A stretch of DNA of 47,079 nucleotides, the filler included, from Sphacelaria rigidula (taxonomy: Eukaryota), in the NCBI GenBank assembly GCA_964200075.2. It is 2 parts of 2 records of this genome, joined end to end, with 100 filler letters (N's around TTAATTAATTAA, not from the genome) between each part and the next. Parts side by side here need not be neighbours in the genome. Positions count along the whole stretch, not along the records: positions 23,607 to 47,079 come from CAXNAA020000260.1; 1 more part is not named here. The stretch is one strand, 5' to 3'. A program made the position numbers and the translations under genes. Positions 38,601-47,079 of the stretch are shown here, piece by piece. A model generated the notes under the pieces. The model was not told the origin of the DNA, did no database searches, and worked only from the letters and a program-made list of their open reading frames with translations. Every line of letters begins with the position of its first letter. The stretch's first letter is position 1.

Positions 38601-39263
38601 AGACAGCAGGATGGGGCCGTGCTCTGAATAGAGTGCTTGCGGGAGTATTGTGTATAGCCGTTTGTGAGCTCGTCGTCCCGGACTCCGATGGAGTGATGAC
38701 AAGTGACGCTGGAAAGCATGTACGAGATACGTCTGGAGAAGGCTTGTTGTATCGTACGAATATTTGTCCAGTTGTGAGTGATCCCTTACCCCTCACCCAG
38801 ATATGGCATTGCTCCGGACGGAGAGGTGTCGAAGTGACGAAGCGCCGGAGCCCCAAGATGAGGGAAATGAGGAAAGGTTGTTTTCGGAAAGATCAAGAAC
38901 TTCCAGTGCAGGCATCATACCCAAAACCAATGGCACTGCCCCGTACAGCCCATTTTCGGACAGATGCAGCTCTCGAAGCGATGCAATATTTGCGAGTTCA
39001 CTGGCGGAAGATAGGTCCCCGTCCAGGTTGTTGCTCGGTAGAGACACGGCGGTCACGTTTTGCGATGTACTGTCACATGTCACCCCATGCCAGTTACACA
39101 CTCCCGCAGCAGCATCGAGCCACCCGCTGGACGTGGTCCACTGGTATCCATTGGTGGCGACGTAGAGTGCCTCGAGTCCGGTGTACTGGAGGTCGGTATA
39201 GGCGGATTGTCCGTACAAAAGGTGAACGCAAAGGCGCAGATGTAGAATTAGGAACCGCCTCAT
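26026..39263 (-). CDS. Gene A: LRR + Cys-rich (TNFR/GCC2_GCC3-like) repeat receptor-like protein with about 5 TM helices and a Ser/Ala-rich C-terminal tail, about 1180 aa
   Basis: Phase-compatible exons reconstructed by eye: 39263-38797, 38235(or 38232)-37850, 37153-36802, 36398-36200, 35838-35704, 35439-35229, 34316-34153, 33753-33530, 32872-32689, 32012-31908(or 31884), 31197-31048, 28289-28161(or 28116; donor uncertain), 26853-26026. Signal-like start MRRFLILHLRLCVHLLYG; LRRNT LEALYVATNGYQW...CNWHGVTC; LRRs such as LEVLDLSENNL; repeats such as CPSGMYS and CPLGTYG; hydrophobic segments LVGLYLLIAGVFLVIFTLIYAYL, IVYTIVVAFALMASL, IIIAVFEDVPFLLLNLFLLL, VVFMVSFVLSIFVLGY. Confidence 0.85.
29686..30196. 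mobile_element. MITE with CACACGTCGGACAGA TIRs, containing an internal inverted-repeat-bounded segment (29892-30129)
   Basis: Left TIR at 29686; right TIR TCTGTCTGATGTGTG ends at 30196; flanks AATGATAT / AATGCTAT. First 200 bp match 37506-37736. Confidence 0.7.
30311..30569. mobile_element. MITE with about 22-bp TIRs
   Basis: CGACATTTTCTACGATAGCCCC ... GGGGCTATCGTAGAAAGCGTCG; partial copies at 24655-24839 and about 46870-47000. Confidence 0.75.
31338..31347. other. 10-N assembly gap inside an intron of gene A
   Basis: Direct read; an additional exon could be hidden here. Confidence 0.95.
37506..37736. mobile_element. MITE, 231 bp, perfect 15-bp TIR, in intron 2 of gene A
   Basis: CACACGTCGGACAGA ... 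TCTGTCCGACGTGTG, flanked on both sides by TTGAT. Confidence 0.85.
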
Positions 39264-39603
39264 TCGACTGGCAATATAGATAAGTGCATCAGCCAATGCC
39301 TTATATTCAGAACAACACCTTCGAAAGCAGGGAAGAGGTATATTCAACGAGGAAAGAGGCCAGCTATGCATTCGCAGGCATCCCACGGCCGAACACTCGT
39401 AGATCGTAGATGTGGGGACTGGTGTAAAGCTCGATCGCCAACCGTCACTAATCTCACCGCACCCAGCGCACAAGGCCAAGGGTGCAGCCGGGTCAGCCGG
39501 GGATTGCAACATGATCCACGATCGCCGCAGCCAGCTATACGGGCGATGACGAACGAACCAGGTACACAGTATCCCCAAGAGTGCAGACAACGAGACGTCA
39601 ACA
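39264..39603. promoter_or_regulatory. Putative bidirectional promoter / shared 5' region of genes A and B
   Basis: 340 bp between the inferred ATGs (minus-strand ATG at 39263, plus-strand ATG at 39604). Inferred from geometry only; no motif identified. Confidence 0.55.
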
Positions 39604-42600
39604 ATGCCTCACAAAGATCGATCCATCAACAACGGTGGTCGATTGCGCTCGACCCTTGCTTCAGCCGTGGCCACCTTCGCAGCAGGCGGATGGAGGCTCC
39701 TCCTCCCGCGTTTTGCGAATGTCGCCGCGAACATCTTGTCTAATTATAGCGATGCTCAATACTACGGACTCGAAGTCCTCTATAATGCCACCGATGGAGA
39801 GCAGTGGACACAGTCCAATGGCTGGCGCAACTCAACGCTAAGTGTGTGCAAGTGGCATGGGGTGACCTGCGACGCTGACTCGGGGAATGTGACCATGCTC
39901 TCGCTAGCTGACAACGGTCTCTCAGGGAACTTGACAGCGGAAGCGGGGGAATTAGATTGGTTTTTCGGCATCACATCTTTAACGGATATTGATATGTCAA
40001 GCAATCGGTTGGTCGGGCCTGTGCCGGCCGGACTGGGTATGATGCCTGCTCTGAAGTCTCTTGATCTATCACGGAACTTACTGTCTTCATTCCCGGAGGC
40101 CTGGGGATCGAACGCTACGTCCCTAGAGCACCTGAGTCTTCAATTTAACAACATTTCGGGGTAAGCGGCATAACAATTGCGGGGGGGGGGCATTCGAGGC
40201 TTGTGTAAGCGCTACTATACACTACAACAGTGCAAAGCACGATAATCCGACCAGTCGCTCACTTCAATAAGTGTTGTGCGGGTGAGATCAACTGCTATGC
40301 CAAAGTGGCTCACGGCTGGAGTGTGACGTTACATGTTGGCACTAAACAACTCAGTCGCCGCGTGTCGGCCGCTGTTCTCCCACGAGCATTTCAAGCAGGG
40401 TCAGTTCTTCCACTTGATTTTGGTATCGAACTGTTGGCGTTCTTGTGCTTTTGTGCATGGTGAAATCATGGCGTTCTTATACTTGATTCCGGTATCACAT
40501 AATCGATTTGCTCTATACCTCTGATATTCTCACGCCTAGCGTGTATCGGAGCGTTGGCTCTTCCAATATTTTTTTCCCACCAACACGAGAGCCAACGTTG
40601 CGATAATTTTATGTGAAAAAAATAAATTTCAAGGGCGTTGTGTTCGTGGTTTTGCGGAGCCCTTTCGGCACCTCAGAGGTGCACAATTTTGCAAAGATTT
40701 CCACATGGAAAAGTGGTCGCTATAACTGGCCCTCAGGTACCCGATGCTACACAAAACCAGAGCGCTGATTGCTCAATATAGTATTGGGTGACGACGACGT
40801 GTGCAAAGTCAACACTCGTCACAGGTGCCCGCCCACATAACAAACTCTGCACGATCCTGATCACGTCATTCTGCTACCGTTGTGCCCAACGAAACACGCG
40901 ATGTACAATAGGACGTTGCCTTCACAGTGGCTGGACCTCAACGACAGTACTGCCACAGACTCCTATCCGCTAGTGCACTCGGAAGAGTTCTCCACCTGGC
41001 TACCAGAGCTTCGGACCCTGTCCTTGGGCAGCAACAACATCACCATGACCGTCTACCAAGCCTTGCAATCATGCATTGGCCTACAGTCCCTACAGAGCAT
41101 AGACTTCAGCAACAACGTCCTAACGGGAACCCTTGATGGAGGATTCGACTGGTACTATTGTGAGGATCAACATATCAGCAATATCAGTAACACCTCGTGT
41201 GAATCGGCATCTCTGAGATCAGGAGCATCCATCGTGCTGGCAATCTTACTGCTCGGATCGAACTTGATATCTGGGGGAGTCGCACAGGAGGGCGCTTTGC
41301 CGTTGTCTCTCTCCGTGCTCGCAGTTTCGCAAAATTTATTGCACGGGCCGGTGCACGAAAATTTCTCGCAGCTGTCAGTTTTCTTTGCTGGTGAGAAGAA
41401 AGTGGTGCCGCAGGATGTGCTCCAGTGAGACTGACAGAGAGAATCCGGGATGGAAAGAGTTTGTAGTAGAGGTTCGAATAAAGTTTGAAGTAAATCGTCG
41501 TCTGTGCGGTATGCTGTATGGCGTATCGGATTTCGATTTAAGAACAACGGCCCGTGTTGCTAGTACCCTTCCTGCACACTCGACCGTACGCGAGCAAACG
41601 AGCTGGCAGCGCCTAGGAGCGGGTGATGTGTTAGGGTTTTCAGTGGTAATATATCCGTTAGGTGGATAACAATGCACTTGGTGACTGAACGAGGGCAGGA
41701 CGATATATCATTAGCCGTCGTCATTCGATGGCGACGGGAACGGGAACCGCGCCAGAAACACTTGACAAGCTCACCCCTGGAGCAAGGTAGTACTGCATAT
41801 ATTTCATCTAGACATGACGGGCTCTTGGTGGACGTTTTCAACATGAATCAACGAGGCACATCGACAACAGAACACACGTGTACACACACATTTTTCCCGT
41901 ATTTAACCATCGTAAGGTGTTTCACCGCAGATGGCAACAGCGGACTAAACGACACATCGCTCCCTAGCTTTGCGTCGTACGCAAACAGCACGGCAATTAC
42001 GGTGGGACACGGAAACCTAACTTGTCCTGCTATCTCGGGTGAGAACAACTACGACGACTCTGGGAAGGCAGGACCTCACGTCCGGTTGAGACTCGATGCC
42101 TCCTACCTAGGGTATCGCCACTGCGTTTGCAACCAGGGCATGGAGGTGGGTGATATACCAACTAGGGTAAGGGGACATAAAAAGCAAAAACAAGTAGCAA
42201 AAATTCTGGCTGGCTTGGTGCGCGAAGGTAGTCTTACTTGAGTTGAAGCGTTGTCGAAGTTACCGTTGGCGAAGGGAAAAACAAAGTTGATACGTTTTGT
42301 GAGTGATGCTGCCGACCATGTGATTCGTTGGTTCACAGAGTATTGTAGTGCGCAGCCTTCTAGCAGGAGTACATCGCACAGAATTTTACGCAACAAGATG
42401 AGCGTACGGGAATGATGTAAGAGAGGCCCACTAACGCGTACGAGATGAACGTCTTCAATATGCTCAGTCCTCGTCTATTGAACCAAAATTATTTCGAAGA
42501 TGATATCACCAGCCGCAGCAACAAAGCGGTACCTTGCATGTTCAGGGGAATTTCGAGGCGGGATGCGTACCTTGTCCGAGGGGAAGCTACAGGGAGCACG

Positions 42601-45600
42601 CGGGGCTCTTCGCTTCGCCGCACTGCACTGCGTGTCCGGTTAACTCCGGTACTACGATCACTGTAAGTGGGTTCAACCTCAAACTTGACGAACTGGGGGG
42701 AAAGTAATCTAGCAACCCGAACCATAACCCTTTACTCGCCTTCCCTTAGAACTATCCGCTTGGGACATCATGTATATCTACACACACATATACATATATA
42801 TATATATATATGTGTGTGTCTAGTTTCGTCTTGTTCCTGCCGGCGCTTTTGCTTGAAGAATTCCGTTGAATCTCTCACGAGGTATGCGTACATGTGTTCA
42901 ACGCTCCACTTTTCTTGAGACGAGTCGACAGCACCAAGGGACCATCCCGCCTCGCTCCCGGTACTTGCTGGACTATACATTTTCCGACTTTTATCGATTT
43001 TATCTGATACGCACGTCCTCACGATTTCAACGACAAAGACAAGAATAAAGGGTAGAAGACATATGTGATCATACTCTTGAGCACCCGGAACCATAAAAGA
43101 GGTCCACCTGAACTGATCGTCGGGGTACGAGTCCGATCACCGGGGCGTGACCGTTGTGTTCACGAGTATTGCATCAATAGATGCATTACCGTACGCGTCA
43201 TAAAACAAGAACCAGGGGGGCAGGGAAGAGAATCCCACGAACGGGATCTCACACAAGCCAGAACGTCCTTGCGGTACGCCGGCGTACATCAGGGCGCCAA
43301 AAACCTCGTCACATACTACTGTACTCTTCAATCCTTCCCGACAAACGTGGCGCCACATGCTGTCTGTGTCTCACCTTCTGCAGGGGGCGGCATCCCCCTC
43401 GGAGTGCAAATGTGATGCAGGTTTTTACGATGCCCTCGCGGGCGAAGGGGAAAGTGGACCCTCTTGCACACCTTGTGTATCTGAAAGCGGCGGGTGGAAT
43501 TCGCCGGGGGCGATCGACGTGACTGTTTGCTCATGCTCGGCCGGCAGCTACCTGGACCGCGAATCTAGGACTTGCGTGAATTGTCCGATGGGGACGTATA
43601 AGGTCAACAGCTAATGTAGTACAGCAGGCAATACCGTTCGGTTGTGCGACTATGTAAACGCATGTTGTACGATGAGATTTTTTTCCATACAATCAGCCCT
43701 ACTTCGAGTGCGAGCATAGGGTGTTGAGCCGAGAAAGCGAGGGGTTTTCGCTGCTTGCCCGATTGCGTCAAAACCTCGACGGGTATACCGAGGTTGCGCA
43801 CGAAATCTGTCATCACACTCATGCAGATTAGTAGTTCGTGCTTGCTTTTCCTGCGTGACTAATGACGTCGATTCTGTCCCCTGCGCTAACATACACTCGA
43901 TGGAAATATGCAAAGCTGGGTTACCACATACTTACCCTTTTTTACCCTCCACTCGTCCCGAATATACGCCTTTCCACCCTGCCGTGGGCTTTCAGCCTAC
44001 TGAAGGGAATGACAGGAGTCTTTGTTTGCCATGCGTTGAGGGGAGCTACTCCAGTGAAACCGGACAGGTCTCCGCCGACACGTGCGCGGTATGAGAGAGC
44101 TGTGCCTTGCTCAGTTTTCGAACCCCTCGCTGCAGGTGGAATTTTGGAGCTGGGAGGGGGGGAGAGGGGGGGGGAGGGGGCAGACGTCTAGATCAGGCAC
44201 GACTCCTTAATGAATGTAAAGACATGTGTTCCGAGTGACGAGGAATAATTATCGCCCGTCTCGGGTCAACACGCTCGCTTTGTCTCGTACCTTATGAACC
44301 TTTATTTTCCAGTAACGCATGCTGTCTGCATATTATTCCCCAGAACAAAAGAGACATTCAACACGCACATCGCGCTCGCATTATAAGGACGAAAAGCACC
44401 AGAGTTGCATACTATTTACTCTCAAGACGAATACTCCTGTTTTCGACGGGGAAGATGTCCTTGCTGTAAAAGTAGTGTACCTCCCCTCCCCTGTGCACCA
44501 CTCCGTCTCGAAATGGATGCGTGGTCAATGGTCAAACGACTAAGCCAAGCAACAAATGAATACGCCCCCCCCCCCTCCCCCCCGGTGTACCACACACACA
44601 TCACGGCGCTTCGCGCTTGGTGATCGCGGGCCTAGTCCGACGAAAACCCGGCGTGCTCCGTCCTGGCTCTACATGGATGCAAGGCCAATGACCATATGAC
44701 TACGGCATGCAAGATCGTGAGTACACCCGCGCACCACTCCCATGTACGCCCTCCCCTGCATTTTTTCCGTAACTCGTCTTTTGTGAACAGTCGTGCGACG
44801 TGGGCACCTACTCGACGACAGTAGGGGCCGAATCGTCTTCGGAATGCCTGCCTTGCCCCAGCGGAAGATATTCCTCCCTCACCGGGCTCTTCGACTCCGA
44901 GTTGTGCATGGCTTGCCCTCCAGGATACTACCAGGAATATGAAGGTGTGCAGTCATTATGCTCAGAAACATGAGTTCGAGCAGCCACGAGGGAAGGCGCA
45001 GACCACATGCGGTGGTTGTGGCGCCAGCTATATCTCGGGACTCAGGGTTTCGTGAGCATGCCGGCGGGAGGGGGGGGGGGAGGGGTACTTGTATGTTGCT
45101 TGCCTTTGTCGTCTGACCATTGACTATGCATCCCTTGCGAGACGGAGCATGGTGGAGGTGGGGGAGGTTGTTCACATGATAAGCGCTGCGGGAAGTAATC
45201 AAACCTATCGATCTCCGTGCTTTCGGTCTAACATCATCACAACACTGACAGAGGGGTGTCGAGCTGCAGTACAGTAGCTCAAAGTGAACACTCGACTCGA
45301 ACTACCATATTGTTGTCACGTACCTCTATCGCACTATTATAGACAAGCTGTCGCTAAATACGCAGCTCGACTTCATTCACACAGCACCGACTTCATTCAC
45401 ACAGCACCGACTTCATTCACACAGCACCGTGCCCTGGTTGGCGCGTTACTTGCGTCGTGTTGGTGGAAGGTGGCCGCGCGGGGTAGCGGTGGGGCGGGGG
45501 TATGAGGAAGAGCGAGGAGTATCTGGATGGTTTGCAGAACATGCTGGATGCAAGAAACACTTATGCTGTCAGCACATCCGCAACCGTGCCCATGCCTCGC

Positions 45601-46454
45601 TCAGTCACGAGGGGGACGAAACGCGTGACTCAGCACTACTATCTTGAAGGAACATACTGTTACATGATTCACGACCCAGATCTTCCCAAGAATATAGAAC
45701 ATGAGTTCCTTCAAGACACAGTCAGGCACTTCTCCTCCTGTTCTAATGCCTTGTGCGACAAATCGCTCTCTCCGCGTAGAGATGCAATTGCCTTAGCCCT
45801 GGAGTCAGTAATCGCCCCGACGGTTTTCGCCTTCTTGTCGCGTGGGTATTTATAACGAGGCGTGTCCGTTTTTTTCTTTCTTCAGGAGCAACAGACTCGG
45901 AATCCTGCGAGCCGTGCGACCCCGGCAAGTACTCGACCGAAATTGGTGAGCATCCGTGGATTGTGGAAAGGAGATAGTGGGACAGATAATAACATGCATC
46001 CCCTTCGAGACAAAGCATCGTTCCTACTCCTGAGTGAATGGGCGCGCACGGGGGGGGGGGGAGGTGAACGTGGGAGTATCGCGTGCTTCACATTTTTGTC
46101 CTCCTGCAGCGGTCAAGCAATATTGAATATTGCACACAGATGTAACCGCGGCCCTTGTTATCCACGGTACAGAGATCATTCCTCGACAAAAAAAAAGAAT
46201 GTACTCTCCGCTCTCGTTCGTTGGTGGTCCTTCTGTCGTTGCTCTCTCTCCTTCTTCCGCCTTTGTATTGGCGACAGGCGCGTCGTCCGGGAGTTCCTGC
46301 AGCTGGTGCGCCGACGGGACGTATTCACTGGGGGGCAGCCACGAGTGCGAGTTGCTCCTGACCAACTCGCGCAGGACGCTGGCGATCTATCTCATCGTAG
46401 GGTCCTCCACCCTGACCGCCATCATTATCTCCTACTTTACCTGGGAGAGAAAAC
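39604..46454 (+). CDS. Gene B: paralogous LRR + Cys-rich repeat receptor-like membrane protein (about 690 codons visible; 3' end probably beyond the window)
   Basis: Phase-compatible GT-AG exons: 39604-40160, 40912-41390, 41931-42145, 42546-42662, 43384-43602, 43996-44088, 44791-44944, 45886-45945, 46278-46454. LRRNT LEVLYNATDGEQW...CKWHGVTC; LRR LKSLDLSRNLL; repeats CPRGSY, CPMGTY, CPSGRY, CPPGYY, CDPGKY; TM LAIYLIVGSSTLTAIIISYFTW. Collinear with gene A. Confidence 0.85.
44495..44730. repeat. Dispersed intronic repeat family
   Basis: 44640-44727 matches about 35067-35152 and, in part, 23630-23657. 44498-44583 matches 45066-45150 and 31290-31337 in inverted orientation. Confidence 0.65.
45368..45429. 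repeat. Perfect 20-bp tandem repeat x3 (CGACTTCATTCACACAGCAC)
   Basis: Direct read of the sequence. Confidence 0.95.
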
Positions 46455-46869
46455 GTGAGCATGGCAACAGTTCAGACTTTACATCGAGGACGAAGACTCG
46501 ATGAGGAGAGGAAAATGTGGGAAGAAAGGGTATAGAGGTGTTACAGCAAGCAGCGGTTCGCTAGTAAGAAGAACTATTTTTACATACAGGTTGATCTGAG
46601 GTGTAAACCCCAAGCGTATTCATCCGCAAAACCTCATGCTGGTCACGGTTTATGAGGTTGGACCTTGAGGTTGGACCTTGAAAATTTGCACGCGTGTCAT
46701 TCAGGTCATTACGAAAAAAAAATAAGGACCTGTTCTTTTGCGCCGGATATCGAGGGAACCAGGGATTTCGGGGATTTTCGGGGATCATATGCCGTTCTGG
46801 GATCCCCGATAGCCGGCGAAATAATACATTCAATAAACGTCCTTGAATCATTTTGCAATGGAGTAATCC

Positions 46870-47000
46870 CGCGATAGCCCCCCCCCCCCTCAAACTAACC
46901 CCCCAAACTACCACGAAGAAAATTGCCATACAGTGCATAGCTGGTTTCAGACTTCATGAAGCCCCTCGTATGGGCGACATTGGCGGAAACGGTTCTAAGC
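46870..47000. repeat. Partial inverted copy of the 30311-30569 MITE family
   Basis: CGATAGCCCCCC terminus; CTTCATGAAGCCCCTCGTATGGGCGACATTGGC matches the reverse complement of about 24720-24755. Confidence 0.6.
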
Positions 47001-47079
47001 ATGAAAATACCTACAGTAGTCAGCGTCAGAAGTATGCAGAACCCTTAATTTCTTAGTTTCTCAAAGATTGTCCAAATTT

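Noticed and set aside
38633-39283. 216-aa plus-strand ORF
   Set aside because: Antisense shadow of gene A exon 1.
39264-39590. 109-codon N-terminal extension of gene A
   Set aside because: Starts at a non-ATG codon. The ATG at 39263 gives a signal-like leader just before homology with B begins.
45502-45855. Extra exon of gene B
   Set aside because: No Cys-repeat pattern, and exons 7 and 8 join in phase without it.
26026-46454. LRR receptor kinase, ROCO or NB-ARC assignment
   Set aside because: No kinase (HRD/DFG) motifs or GTPase/NB-ARC domain seen in the reconstructed exons, and the LRRs are of extracellular type. The unseen 3' end of B cannot be excluded.

Overview
Eukaryotic genomic DNA, inferred to be from a brown alga or similar stramenopile (long GT-AG introns, a stramenopile-type LRR N-cap, poly-G tracts). 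A 100-bp assembly gap with an artificial linker (23507-23606) splits the window, so the adjacency of the two halves is unverified. Left half (1-23.5 kb): a degenerate transposon patchwork. It holds several Ty3/Gypsy chromovirus-like remnants (gag, aspartic protease, integrase-chromodomain, three short LTR families), a hAT transposase fragment, a probable Sola-like remnant and a small spliced orphan ORF. Right half (26-47 kb): two paralogous, intron-rich receptor-like genes arranged head-to-head, with start codons only 340 bp apart. Both encode an N-terminal leader, LRRNT, LRRs with Cys-bounded insertions, TNFR/GCC2_GCC3-like Cys-rich repeats and a TM helix. The minus-strand gene A (about 1180 aa, 13 exons by my reconstruction) has no kinase. 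It continues into a multi-pass membrane module with DxxxD and EDVP motifs reminiscent of XK-related proteins, then a low-complexity tail. The plus-strand gene B probably runs off the window. This divergent receptor pair is the best candidate for an undescribed system. All exon models were built by eye from splice signals and phase compatibility; no database search was run.
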